NCBI GenBank assembly: GCA_964392365.1
Contig: CAYMPH010000011.1
Location: 29,851 to 93,850 of the forward strand
Direction of reading: 5' to 3'
Source: an uncultured Leptospirales bacterium
GTDB lineage: Bacteria; Spirochaetota; UBA4802; UBA5550
DNA: 64,000 bases
Position 1 is the first letter of the stretch. Each line of letters begins with the position of its first letter. The position numbers and the translations under genes are program-made. Positions 21,901 to 32,700 of the stretch are shown here, one piece after another. Under the pieces are notes generated by a model. The model saw nothing but the letters and a program-made list of their open reading frames with translations, had not been told where the DNA came from and did not search any database.

Positions 21901-22828
21901 CACTTTTTTTTAATTCTTCCTCAATACGTTTGCGTTCATGAATATCAAATATTAGAACAATTATACTTTTGACTTTACCTTTTTCATCAAATTCCGGCAG
22001 GTAATTAATATTAAACCAGCGAAGTTCATTTTTTGCAGGTATAATATTTTCATATTCCACCCTTTGTCCTGATCTGGCACGGTTAATATATGGCAAAGCG
22101 CGTGAAAATGATTCTTCGCCGAGAATATCTTTCACCTGTTTTCCGAATATTTCTTCCGGAGTCATTCCGAAATTTTTTGCAAATACCTTATTTACGAATA
22201 AATACTTCAAGTCATCAGCATCGACGTATGATATCAGGGCAGGGATATTATTAGTAATCATTCGGAGCTGAAGCTCGCTATTAAGAAGAGCCTGCTGAGT
22301 TTTCATCATTTCCTGATTTGTTGATATTAATTCCTCGTTTGTAGCTTCCATTTCCTCCAGTGCTGCGTTCAATTCCTCATTTGCCTGAGCAAGATCATTA
22401 TTTTTTATGATAATCTGCTCTTCATTCTCCCTGGATTTCTTATGCGCTTCAAACAATTCAAATGCCATCTCTATCGATGCACTAAGAACAAAATCACCGG
22501 AGTTTTTAATCACATAACCATAACGGGTGATGCCGCGTACCTTCTCGACTATCTCACGTTCTGAATGTGATGTTATAAAAATAATTGGAATGTTTTTACT
22601 GGATAATATTATTTCTGAAGCTGTTGAACCGTTCATGCCCTTACCAAGGTCAATGTCCATGAGTATAAGATTTATTGATTCGTTTCCGCAGGCAAGTTGA
22701 ACTGCATCTTCTCCGGTTTTAGCAGTAAGAACATCATAGCCGAATTTTTTAACAGTCTGCTCCAGAGCCAGAGATATAATTGCTTCATCTTCGACAAGCA
22801 GAATGGTTTTATTTTTTTTAATGGTCAT
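18917..22828 (-). CDS. Hybrid sensor histidine kinase (REC-coiled coil-multi-PAS-HisKA-HATPase-REC)
   Basis: N-terminal REC, about 6 PAS/PAC repeats (DITERK), H-box GIAHDFNN, N-box INAQQAM, G-boxes DFGIG and GHGLGL, C-terminal REC. Confidence 0.93.
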   Translation of the reverse strand: MTIKKNKTILLVEDEAIISLALEQTVKKFGYDVLTAKTGEDAVQLACGNESINLILMDIDLGKGMNGSTASEIILSSKNIPIIFITSHSEREIVEKVRGITRYGYVIKNSGDFVLSASIEMAFELFEAHKKSRENEEQIIIKNNDLAQANEELNAALEEMEATNEELISTNQEMMKTQQALLNSELQLRMITNNIPALISYVDADDLKYLFVNKVFAKNFGMTPEEIFGKQVKDILGEESFSRALPYINRARSGQRVEYENIIPAKNELRWFNINYLPEFDEKGKVKSIIVLIFDIHERKRIEEELKKSEEKLSRFFMLSPAAISTSTIPDGKFVEVNDSFLRILGYTREEVIGKTGADINLWVDTETRNNIYRELKDKGSFLDMENKYHCRDGSIITCLASGVIIDINGTSFLLAVTLDITERKKAEEDLHIFKDLVEYSSDAIGMSTPDGKHYYQNEAFNLLFGDIGDNPLDVYADKSIGKQLFDSIMQGKNWQGEVKMFGKDRTPLEILLRAYPLRNNNGAISGLVGLHLDITQRKKIEDALRSAEDMYRNLFLNTQIGIFRTDINTGLIIDANDSVARFIGFENRNQLLSKPFNIAERYAEPKDREILISLLKENGQFTNFETRFIRNDGSIIWMRFSGKIIPEKGWMEGVSEDITIRKNAEDELQKSETLLREMTTQFPGVVYQFYARPDGDLGFYYISDRSEEVLGLKPVLEKYLDRFVELVLPEYREGFINSILDSVKESKEWKFEGIMQKPSGDKIWFSGNSIPSQRENEIVFNGVVTDITERKRFEEELRSSEEKYRFLTDNMNDIIWTMDMNFNTTYVSPSIETVLGFTPQEQIQKNISMQITPESISKVQDAFAKEIVLEQQSRGDTRKIYTYDLDFYHKDGSIRMMEIVVSKIRDAQGVWTGFLGVSRDITERKHAEDALRNLQKLESLGVLAGGIAHDFNNLLGGVFGYIDLASSASKETEVIGYLKESLDTINRARALTNQLLTFSKGGAPIRKTEHLLPIIRETVQFALSGSNVSHIIDIDQDLWPCFIDKNQIGQVIDNIIINAQQAMPMGGTIEVTAKNIPYGNKDHSILTEDKYVKISVKDFGIGIPKEIIPYIFDPFFTTKTKGHGLGLATSYSIVNRHEGLLDIESEPSKGSTFHIYLPASKETASLITSKSPVNHKGSGTIIVMDDEEFIRNTLDKMLKTQGYTCVLMKEGKEVLDFLNIEYNAKRAIAGIILDLTIPGGLGGKEIISTLREMDTLVPIIVISGYADDPVIADPEAFGFTASIGKPFTIAELSAVLEKHLKH

Positions 22829-22897
22829 TGAGAATCCTTTGAATTTTCATTCATCTATATTATGCTTGGCGTGACTTAGTAAGCCGTGTTCGGTTTC

Positions 22898-25800
22898 CTA
22901 TAATTCGAATTCCAGAATAACCGTTGTTCCATCTTTACGTTCTATACTTATTGTACCTTTCAGTTCTTGTGTCAGAATCCACACCAATTGAAGACCAAAG
23001 CCGGATGAATTTTCAAAATCAACTGATTCAGGCATGCCAATTCCATTATCATGAATTATTATTGAAACAGTAGAAGTATTTTCCGTTGCAGAAGGTTTCA
23101 AACCGGCAGAAATAGAAATTATTCCTTTTTTTCTTCCGATAAAAGCATATTTCATTATGTTGGTTAAAAGCTCGTTTAATATAATTCCAAGCGGCTGCAG
23201 TCTTTTAGAATCTAAAGTAAAATCGTCAATTTTATTTTTAAGCTTTACAGATTTGCTATTAGGGAAATTTTTTATGATTTCATCAGCAAGATACGGAAGA
23301 TAATCTGAGAGCGATATATTTTGTAAATCCGGAGATTGATATATTTTATTATATAATGCCATCATGCTCTGCACACGGTTTGCTGAATCTTCCAGCGCAT
23401 CAATGGCTGTCTTATCTTTTAATGTGTTTGCCTGAAGAATTAGAAGGCCGTAAATTGTATTCATATTGTTTTTAATGCGGTGGTGAACTTCTCTGAGAAT
23501 CAGTTCTTTTTCTTTAAGCAGTTTTTGAATATTTTCTTCTGATTTTTTCCGATCATTTATGTCGGTGATCATAGCAAAAGAACCTTCTGGTTTGCCATTG
23601 GTGCCGGTAACGGATTTAGCTGAAATGATAGTCCATTGCTTTCCTCCATCTTTTTTCATAATGCAGCGCTCGTAAACTGAATCTTTCCCCTGAGCGCGGA
23701 TTTTCATCTGGGTGTAGTGATCGTTTATTTGATCTGCAGGGAGAAATATTTCGAACTTCTGTCCAATCATTTCTTCAATGGTATAACCAAGCATTGCTGA
23801 CATTTGCTGGCTTATGAATGTTATACTGCCTTCAGTGTCTAAAGAGATTACGCCCTCTATAGCTGTTTCAACAATCTGCTGATATTTTTTCCGGCTTTGG
23901 ATAAGTTCTTCATTAAGCGATTTAAGCTTGTTATTTGTTTCATTCAGCTTTTCATTCTGTATTTTAATTTTATCTTCTGCCTGCTTGCGGTCGGTGATGT
24001 CATCGTAAACCCCAAGAACTCCATAGGCAATTCCTTTGTCATTCCGCAAAGGTATTTTTGTTGTATCAGCCCAGAATCTTGTGCCGTCTGCTTTTTCAGC
24101 CTGTTCAATAATATGCAGTTTCGGTTTATTGTTTTTAATTACGTATTTATCATCAGCTATATATGCTGCTGCATCTTCTTTTAGCCAGGGCATGTCAAAA
24201 TCAGTCTTGCCGATAATATTTTCAGAACTTTTTAATCCTACTGAATCAGCAAAGTTTTTATTGCATCCCAAATAAACACCATTCAAATTTTTCCAGAAAA
24301 CCGATTGAGGAATAGCATTTAATATGTAATTCAGCATTTCCCTGTTTTTATTAAGCAGCTCTTCAGATTTTTTACTTTCCGTGATGTCGCGAACGAGACC
24401 TGTCAGCCTTTTGGATTCTTTATTGATGGTGGCTGAGATAGCCAATGTTTTATTATTATATTCAAAAAGGAATTCATGAAATTCTTTACCCTGAACGAGG
24501 TTTTTTAAATGAGGAATTACATTTAAAATATTTTTTGCAGTTAATAAATCTTTAGCAATATTAATAATATTTTTACCAATAATATTTTCCATTGGAATTT
24601 CAAGGATTTTCTCAAGAGATTTATTGATGGAAATTACTTCTCCTGTAAGTGTTGTATATGCAATACCATCTGAAACTGTATTAAATATATCTTCATATAT
24701 TTCTTCTTTAAACTTCAGCGCTTCCTGTAATTGCTTGCGGTCTGTAATATCATTAAACGTGACAATAAGATTGCTGGATATGAAAGTGGCATACAGCTCA
24801 CAAAAACGAACTGAACCATCTTTGCATGTAATCCTGTATTCACCAGTGTTTACAGGGTTTCCGGTTTTTTGTGCTTTTTCCAGAAATGGTTTCCACCGGT
24901 TAATTACATCCTGCCTGTAATCCGGATCCGGGTACGCTATCTGATACCATTCAGATGCTGTTGGAGCTGTATGACCGAAAAGTGAAAGAGCGCTGCGGCT
25001 CCAGTAGAAAATTTTATCATCCACTAAATCAACTACAGCAACAGGAAAAGGAGTTGCATCAAGAACATTACGGAGTTTTGTCTCACTTTGCTCAAGTTCT
25101 TTCTCGCTTTCAATGAGATTTTCGTTTGTTGATATCAGTTCTTCATTTGCTGCTTCAAGTTCTTCTATCGCTGAGTTAAGTTCTTCATTTGAAGATTGAA
25201 GCTGCTCGTTTTTTATTTTAATTTCTTCATCAATCAGTTTACGTTCAGTAACGTCATAACTTAGAACAGCAATTGATATAACCTTTTTATCTGAATTAAA
25301 AACCGGGGAGTAATTTACGTCAATCCACCTCTTACCGGAAACCAGATCAAAAGAATTTTCATAAGAACTGGATTTGCCTGATCTTACATCATTTATGTAT
25401 TTTAAAGCAAATTGATAATTATCTTCCCCGATAATTTCTTTAATATGGCTTCCGATGATTTTATCACGCGGAATTCCAAATGATTTTTCAAACGAGCTAT
25501 TTACAAATTCGTATTTCAAAGTTTCTGCATTAACGTAAGCAATAAAACCAGGTATGTTATCTGCAAGAGTCATGAATCTATGATTCAACTCCTGCTGTGA
25601 TGTTTCTGCAAGTTTTCTTTCGGAGATATCCTGTATGGACCCGGATATTTTTATTATTTTATTTTTCTCGTAAACAGGTCTTCCAGTTGTATGCACCCAT
25701 CGGTGATTGCCCTTCATAGTAATAAGTTCCAGTTCCAGGTCATAAGATTCACCGAATTCTATAGCGCGCTCAACAGCTTTTGCAATGATTGGTCTTGATT

Positions 25801-27145
25801 CCGGTGCATAGCAATTTAATCCTTCAGGCAGCAGAGGAGCATCATTGTTAATATCAATTTCAAATATGCTGAAGGTTTCATCTGTCCATTCAGGAATTCC
25901 TGTAGTAAGATCAAGTTCCCATCCACCTACTTTTGCGAATTTTCCGGTTTCATTTAGAATGGATATGCTTTTCTGCATAGCCTCTTCATTTTTTTTCTGC
26001 TCAGTTATGTCAGCGATGAAGCAATACCAGACTAAACTCCCATCTGATAATTTTTCTGGTTGTGCACGGAAAAGAAGCCATATGTATTCATTATTAGGCA
26101 GAATGCTTCTGAATTCAAAATCAAATATTTTCATCGTTCCCGCTGATTCCAGTATAGATGATGATAATTTTTCAATATCATCCGGATGAACACTTTTTAG
26201 AAGAAACGATGGATCATTTTGAATCTGATCAGGATTGATACCAAAAACATTAGAAATTTGTTTACTTACAAAAGGAAAGCTGAATTGACCGTCTGGTGTT
26301 ACCTTATATTGAAAAAAGCCTCCCATGACTTTTTCAACAAGATTACTGTAAAGATCGCTGGTTTGTTTTATTTTTTCATTAATTTTTTTATGCTCGGAAA
26401 TATCGCTCATAAGAACAGATCGGCCAATTGAAATTCCATCTTTCTTAATCAGATTGCTGGAAGTGCGAACAAATTTTATCGAGGCGTCCTTGTTAATAAC
26501 TCTAAACTCCCATGGCTCAATTAAACCATTGAGAAATAAAGTATTTCTTTCTAAAAGCATTGGAAGGTCATCAGGGTGGACAAATTCAATGAATTTTTTG
26601 CCGATGAGATCGTCTACCTTGTATTCAGACAGGCGTTCTATTTGCGGGCTGACATAGGTAATGATGTTTTCCGTGTTTAATGTGAATATAACATCATTCA
26701 GGTTCTCAACAAGAAACCGGTATTTTTCTTCTTTTTCCAGAGTCTTTTTATTTGCATTAAAAAGTTTAAACGCCATTTTTATAGAAACATCAAGAATAGT
26801 ATTTCCGGTATTCTTAACTATATATCCGTATGAAGTTATTTTTTCTGTTTTTTCAACTATTTCAGATTCAGTATGGCTTGAAAGAAAAACTACAGGGATA
26901 TCGCGGGTTTTTAAAATAACTAAAGCAGCTTCAGTCCCATCAATGCCTGTACCAAGGTCGATGTCCATGAGTATTAGTTCTATATCTTTATTGCTTAAAG
27001 CAGTCTGAATAGCTTTTTCCCCAGTGTCAGCAGTAACAACATTATAACCGAATTTAACTAATGTTTTTGTTGTAACTATTGATGTAATAGCTTCATCTTC
27101 AACAAGGAGAATAGTTTTTTTATTCTTACTGCTCATATTCTTCAT
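22898..27145 (-). CDS. Sensor histidine kinase (REC-multi-PAS-HisKA_2-HATPase)
   Basis: N-terminal REC, about 8 PAS repeats, EVHHRIKNN (HisKA_2), NELLTNIMKYAF, DNGIG and GFGLQLV. Confidence 0.93.
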   Translation of the reverse strand: MKNMSSKNKKTILLVEDEAITSIVTTKTLVKFGYNVVTADTGEKAIQTALSNKDIELILMDIDLGTGIDGTEAALVILKTRDIPVVFLSSHTESEIVEKTEKITSYGYIVKNTGNTILDVSIKMAFKLFNANKKTLEKEEKYRFLVENLNDVIFTLNTENIITYVSPQIERLSEYKVDDLIGKKFIEFVHPDDLPMLLERNTLFLNGLIEPWEFRVINKDASIKFVRTSSNLIKKDGISIGRSVLMSDISEHKKINEKIKQTSDLYSNLVEKVMGGFFQYKVTPDGQFSFPFVSKQISNVFGINPDQIQNDPSFLLKSVHPDDIEKLSSSILESAGTMKIFDFEFRSILPNNEYIWLLFRAQPEKLSDGSLVWYCFIADITEQKKNEEAMQKSISILNETGKFAKVGGWELDLTTGIPEWTDETFSIFEIDINNDAPLLPEGLNCYAPESRPIIAKAVERAIEFGESYDLELELITMKGNHRWVHTTGRPVYEKNKIIKISGSIQDISERKLAETSQQELNHRFMTLADNIPGFIAYVNAETLKYEFVNSSFEKSFGIPRDKIIGSHIKEIIGEDNYQFALKYINDVRSGKSSSYENSFDLVSGKRWIDVNYSPVFNSDKKVISIAVLSYDVTERKLIDEEIKIKNEQLQSSNEELNSAIEELEAANEELISTNENLIESEKELEQSETKLRNVLDATPFPVAVVDLVDDKIFYWSRSALSLFGHTAPTASEWYQIAYPDPDYRQDVINRWKPFLEKAQKTGNPVNTGEYRITCKDGSVRFCELYATFISSNLIVTFNDITDRKQLQEALKFKEEIYEDIFNTVSDGIAYTTLTGEVISINKSLEKILEIPMENIIGKNIINIAKDLLTAKNILNVIPHLKNLVQGKEFHEFLFEYNNKTLAISATINKESKRLTGLVRDITESKKSEELLNKNREMLNYILNAIPQSVFWKNLNGVYLGCNKNFADSVGLKSSENIIGKTDFDMPWLKEDAAAYIADDKYVIKNNKPKLHIIEQAEKADGTRFWADTTKIPLRNDKGIAYGVLGVYDDITDRKQAEDKIKIQNEKLNETNNKLKSLNEELIQSRKKYQQIVETAIEGVISLDTEGSITFISQQMSAMLGYTIEEMIGQKFEIFLPADQINDHYTQMKIRAQGKDSVYERCIMKKDGGKQWTIISAKSVTGTNGKPEGSFAMITDINDRKKSEENIQKLLKEKELILREVHHRIKNNMNTIYGLLILQANTLKDKTAIDALEDSANRVQSMMALYNKIYQSPDLQNISLSDYLPYLADEIIKNFPNSKSVKLKNKIDDFTLDSKRLQPLGIILNELLTNIMKYAFIGRKKGIISISAGLKPSATENTSTVSIIIHDNGIGMPESVDFENSSGFGLQLVWILTQELKGTISIERKDGTTVILEFEL

Positions 27146-27348
27146 TCCTTCATAAGCATTCTATTATTTTTCAGAACAATTCAGATGACTGAATTATATT
27201 TATGAAATAGTATAGACTGGAGTATAGTAGTAATTCATATTTTATTTAGGTGTAATAAAAAAGTCTATAAAAAAAATAAACCTATGGCGGGCTGCTTTAT
27301 ACATGTAAACTCGATAAATAGTAATTTTTTTATAATTTTTAAAAGTTT

Positions 27349-28929
27349 TCAGGCGAGCATTTTTAATATAGTGAATTTTATTCTGCTTGCTGTCATTATC
27401 CCGCTGACAAGACCGCCTGCCAGTCCCATGGCAGTTGTGTCAATACCAGTCATGAATAATCCTTTAGCTGGAGTAATAACTCTAAGATGAGGATTGCGGA
27501 ATCGTTCAGGTGTGGCTTCAAGTCCATAAATAGCGCCGTTGTTCGATCTGACAAAATGGCTGTTTGAAAGAGGTGTTGATAAATCTGAGTATGCTTCCAT
27601 TTTCATGATATCAGGCATAATGGTTTTCAGGTAGTTTGTGAATTTATTTGTAAGCATTTTTTTAAACTCATTATAATCTTCAGGGCGTTTGCCGAATTTT
27701 GTATTTTTCCATTTAGAGAATTTTTCCCATTCAACAAATGCAATTGCCTCCATGGTATGTGATGATGTATCATTATCTGCATCTTTTAAAGAAGGGAAAG
27801 ATATATACACAATCGGAGGTGTTGGATTTTTTTCAAAATCCCAATACTTTTCCTTTAAGTCCCAGGATGAGTAATACCATCTGTTTTTTGCTTCAGCGCC
27901 AAATTTTTTAATATCGCCCTTGAATCCTACATTGAGGCAGATATATGATGGAGAATTTTTTATTTTATTGATTGAATCACTCCACTTTTTAAGTTTTAAA
28001 TTATCTACACACAGTTTAGTTGTTGCCTTGGCGCCAATACCGCTGATTATTTTTTTACAGAAAATCTGATCGTTGTTAACAAGTTCAACTCCCACAGCTT
28101 TATTTTTATTAAATAATATTTTTTTTACATCAGCCCTGCATATGATTTCTCCGCCGGCCCTGGTAATGGTAAGCAGGAGTCCTTCTGTTATGCTTTTAGA
28201 ACCGCCTGCAGGGAAGAAAGAGCCATTTTTATAATGGTCCAGCACAAGTGAGTGAATTCCAAAAGATGATTCGTTCGGTAGATTGCCGTAGTATCCCATT
28301 TGGGAAGATAATATGGTTTTAAGTTCATCCGGAAAATTATATTTGCTTAGAATCTGTTCAGTTGTTATATTCCACCAGTCTTTATGAAAAATTTTCAAAA
28401 TAAAATTCAGCACAGCTGCTGTTTTTGCGCTGAATCTTTTCATGAAATACATTGGAAGCGATTGCGATGCTGCCTGAATAAGAACGGATTTGTATTTTAA
28501 TATTTTTTCTTTTTCATCAGGAAAAAGTTTAATCAATTCATCGTAATATTTGTCAAGCCCAGCATGTACATTAATTTTTCTATTTGGAAAATTTATCTCT
28601 TCATAAATATTACCTAAGCTTTTCCATACTACTTTTTTCGAGGATAACGATTCGTACATTTTTCTAACAAGTGCATTTTTCTGTACAGTTCCAACTCCAT
28701 GTATTCCTGATTCCCAATTATAACCTTTTCTTGTAAACATGTGAGTCAGGCCGCCGGGTATATAATGCTGTTCCAGCAGCAGAACTTTGTATCCTTTTTT
28801 TGATAATGCTGCACCAGCGCTCATTGAACCTATTCCGGAACCGATTATGAGTACATCCGGATCAGTTAGAGTGATTTCAGGATATGTATGATATAGAATA
28901 TTGTTTTTTATGAATGGCATTACAGACAT
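27349..28929 (-). CDS. Phytoene desaturase/retinol saturase-like FAD-dependent oxidoreductase
   Basis: IGSGIGS..G dinucleotide motif, LEQHYIPGG, FPAGGS and STPLS...GAIYG of the CrtI/RetSat family. Confidence 0.85.
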   Translation of the reverse strand: MSVMPFIKNNILYHTYPEITLTDPDVLIIGSGIGSMSAGAALSKKGYKVLLLEQHYIPGGLTHMFTRKGYNWESGIHGVGTVQKNALVRKMYESLSSKKVVWKSLGNIYEEINFPNRKINVHAGLDKYYDELIKLFPDEKEKILKYKSVLIQAASQSLPMYFMKRFSAKTAAVLNFILKIFHKDWWNITTEQILSKYNFPDELKTILSSQMGYYGNLPNESSFGIHSLVLDHYKNGSFFPAGGSKSITEGLLLTITRAGGEIICRADVKKILFNKNKAVGVELVNNDQIFCKKIISGIGAKATTKLCVDNLKLKKWSDSINKIKNSPSYICLNVGFKGDIKKFGAEAKNRWYYSSWDLKEKYWDFEKNPTPPIVYISFPSLKDADNDTSSHTMEAIAFVEWEKFSKWKNTKFGKRPEDYNEFKKMLTNKFTNYLKTIMPDIMKMEAYSDLSTPLSNSHFVRSNNGAIYGLEATPERFRNPHLRVITPAKGLFMTGIDTTAMGLAGGLVSGIMTASRIKFTILKMLA

Positions 28930-29106
28930 GATAAGCCTCGCGGAGTTCTAAATTATAAATTTCTAATAAAATTAAATGTAAAAAAGTTTGTTAGAAATAT
29001 CAAATTATTATATGAATATTGGAGGGGTTTTTATTAAAATTGTTACATTTTATCTATTTTATATATCATTTTCGCATTTTTTAGGAATTTATTATTACAT
29101 ATTTTA

Positions 29107-29278
29107 AAAACTGACCCTTCGACTCCGCTCAAAGTTCGGTTTTTTGCTGATTGAGAGTAGTCAAAGCCAAAAGAAGGTACTTTTTCAATTGTTTATCATT
29201 AAAGTGCTTTTTATTAAAACCGGCCATTTGACTCCACTCAGGGATCGGTTTATTGCTGGCTGAGCAGAACCGAAGCCA
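29107..29278. repeat. Two degenerate ~63-bp direct repeats of a CTTCGACTCCGCTCAG...CTGAGCGGAGTCGAAG-type REP-like element
   Basis: 29107-29169 and 29216-29278 align end to end (AAAAC...GACTCC.CTCA...CGGTTT.TTGCTG..TGAG...AAGCCA). Confidence 0.7.
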
Positions 29279-29314
29279 GATTGTTAAAAAATAATATTAC
29301 TATGAAAAAAATAA

Positions 29315-29342
29315 TTGACCATCAGCATTAAATTAGTATATT
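29315..29342 (+). promoter_or_regulatory. Possible sigma70-type promoter for the activase gene
   Basis: TTGACC-N16-TATATT; weak evidence given the AT-rich background. Confidence 0.25.
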
Positions 29343-29700
29343 CTAATAAAAGTAATAATAACATTTCTATTAAATCCGTTTATTATTAATCCCTGAAGAT
29401 TTAAATCTGTTTTAAATCTGTTTTAAATATGGTGGAAGAGAGGAAGAGCATTTTTTCCTGCATGATAGTGCTTGAAGCTGAAATAGGTATGGATAATTGA
29501 AGAATAAGTGTTTTATGATTGTAATAAATACAGTAAAAAATAATGGACAAACACCTTAATAATTATTCTGTTGACGTTAAAATGCTCATACAGGAAAACC
29601 GCTTTTATTATCAAACAATTGGTTTTTTAAGAGTATTGCATCATTGTTTTTTTGAATTTTATATAGATGTACATAAAATCTTTTAGTTCAGAGGTGAAAT

Positions 29701-32700
29701 ATGTTTAGTTTAGGCATAAATATGGGATCTTCAAGCGTCAAGGTCGTTCTTCTTGAAGATAAAAAAATAGTATGGCATAAAGTTTCAGAACACGACGGAA
29801 ATTTTTTTGCAGCTCTCACAAACATTTTAACTGAAAATAAGTTTCCGGATAATTTAAAGGCTCTTGTTACCGGAAATGAAGGACGATATCTTCTTAATAT
29901 AAATAATGTTGTTGAATCTGTTTGTATTGAAGAAGCGTTAACCGGAGTAGGCGGCCATAAAGTAGACGCTGTTGTTTCAATGGGCGGTGAAAACCTTGTT
30001 GTTTATTCTATATCTCCGGAAGGAAAAATTATTACTAACTTTTCCGGAAACAAATGCGCTGCAGGAACAGGCGAGTTTTTCAAGCAGCAGTTAGGCCGGA
30101 TGAATATGAAACTTACTGAAATCAATGACATCCCGTCAGATTCAGTGGTAAAGCCGATTTCAACACGATGCTCAGTTTTTATGAAAAGTGACTGTACTCA
30201 TAAATTGAATAAAGGCGAAGCAACCAAGGGAGATATAGTTCTATCACTCAGTGAGGTTATGGCAACCAAGGTTGTGGATTTTCTGTTAAGAGCAAAATTG
30301 AAAAAAGGATCTGTTCTTCTTTCAGGCGGTCTTACAAGAAATAAATACCTTATTCAATTCGTAAAAGAAAAAATGCCGGAAATTGAATTTATTGTTCCGG
30401 AAGAAGCATCATACTTTGAAGCTTACGGCGCAGCAATTTTAGCACAGGACACTGGAAGTACATTCCCTGGAATTGATAAACTTCTGAAAACAAATGCTCT
30501 TGGTTTTGGAAAATTAAAAAGTCTTAAATCTGCAGAAGGCAAGGTTGAGTATCTTCCTTCGAAAAGAGGTCCAATCCGTGCAGACGCAGAATACATTCTC
30601 GGAGTTGACGGTGGATCAACTACAACCAAGGTCGCACTTATTGATATGGCAACAGATGAAATTGTTGCTTCACATTATGGAAGAACACATGGAGACCCTG
30701 TTAAATCCCTGAAAAACTGTTTAATCGAAGTGAAGAAACAGATTAACGAGCAGATCGGCGATAAAAAATTAAAAATAACACTTGCATCAACAACCGGATC
30801 ATCAAGGGAAATTTTAGGGGTATTTCTGGAAACACCTGCTGTATATAATGAAATTATTGCTCACGCTGTTGGAACAACTTACTTCCGTCCTGAGATTGAC
30901 ACCATTTTTGAAATCGGCGGCCAGGATGCGAAATATGTTTATCTGAAAAATAAAGTTCCAATTGATTATGCAATGAACGAAGCATGCTCAGCAGGTACAG
31001 GTTCATTCCTTGAAGAATCCGCATCAGGCGACCTTAATATTAAAAATGTCTGGGAGATCGGCGACATTGCTCTGGAAGCATTATCACCGCTTAAATTCGG
31101 CGAAACATGTTCAGCATTCATAAATTCTGATATCAGAAAAGCTATTCAGTACGGTGCTACACGCGGAGACATCACTGCAGGTATTATTACATCAATAGTT
31201 TCAAATTATCTGAACAGGGTTGTTGGAAACAGAACTATTGGAAAACATATTGTTCTGCAGGGCGGAGTTGCAAAAAACAAAGCAGTACCTCTTGCATTTG
31301 CAATGCTTTTGGATAAAAATATTTTAATACCGCCTGATCCGGAACTTCTCGGGTGCTTTGGAGTTGGAATTCTCGCCAAGCAGAAAATGGAAGACGGTTT
31401 CATCGATAAAGGTGAATTCGATATAGATAAAATTCTCCAATCAGAAATTATTCATGATCGCGAATTTATCTGCAAGGCATGCGACAATTACTGTCCTATA
31501 AAAGTTCTCAGCGTAAACGGTCATAAATACATGTTCGGCGGAAGATGTAATAAATATGCAAACACAAGAAAGAAAAAAGTTATAGATGAATCAAAAGTAT
31601 TCAACTACATAGAAAAAAGAAATGATCTCATGTTCAAGGAATTGGCACCTGAGCCTGCATCACTTGTTAAAAAACGCGACTATGTTATCGGCGTGCCAAT
31701 GGCGTTCTCAATTTATACTTTATGGCCGTTTTATTCATGGTTTTTTCATACACTTGGAATTGAAATCAGACTTTCAAAGGAAATTCTTCACGAAGGTATA
31801 GCCAAGACTGAAAGTGCATATTGTTTTCCTGCTGAAATAGCTCATGGTGCAGTTCAATCATGTATAAATGAGGGTGTTGACTATATTTTTGTTCCGCACT
31901 TCAGGGACATGCCGAGCTATGAGAACGACGTGCACGCTAACTTCTGCCCGATCACCCAGAGTCTTCCATATTATATAAAAAAGGCTTTCACTGATTTTCC
32001 TGAAGACAGATTTTTATCTCCTATTATAAGTTTTAAATACGGTCTTGATAAAGCTCTTGAGGGAATACTTGAAATCGGAAAAGTTTTGAAAATATCAGAC
32101 AGCGAAATAAAGAAAGCTTTTGATGTTGGAAATGCGAAGCAGCAGGAATTCTTTAAAAAATATAAAGAGATCGGCAAAGAAGCGCTTGAAAAAGCAAGAT
32201 CGCTTGATCATCCGGTAATTGCTCTACTCGGAAGGCCGTACAATGCTTTCACGCGTGATGCAAATATGGGTATTCCTTTAAAATTCACAAGCCGCGGATA
32301 TTCAATTATTCCTTTTGATATGCTTCCTATTGAGAGCTCGGAAATATTCGACAATATGTACTGGTACTACGGCCAGCAGGATATGAGAGCTGCAGCGTTT
32401 ATAAAGAATGAAAAAAATCTTTTTATAACATTTATCTCAAACTTCTCCTGCGCACCGGATTCTTTTATGCTTCATTATGTTAAATGGATGATGGGAATGA
32501 AACCGTTTCTGATCCTTGAGCTCGACTCACACTCTGCTGATGCCGGAATTGATACAAGGGTAGAAGCATTTCTCGATATTATAGAAGGCTACAAGTCCAA
32601 ATATGTTGCCGGCGAAGAAGATCGTTATGATAATGGTCTCCGTTTCGTAAATAACGGCAAAGACCGTCTGCATGTATATGACGAAATCAATAAGAAGAAA

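Noticed and set aside
29107-29278. Possible mini CRISPR array
   Set aside because: Only two long degenerate units, a REP-like self-complementary consensus, and no cas genes.
29399-29428. Short tandem repeat TTTAAATCTGT x2.5
   Set aside because: Too short and AT-rich to support a function; it could be an operator but there is no evidence.
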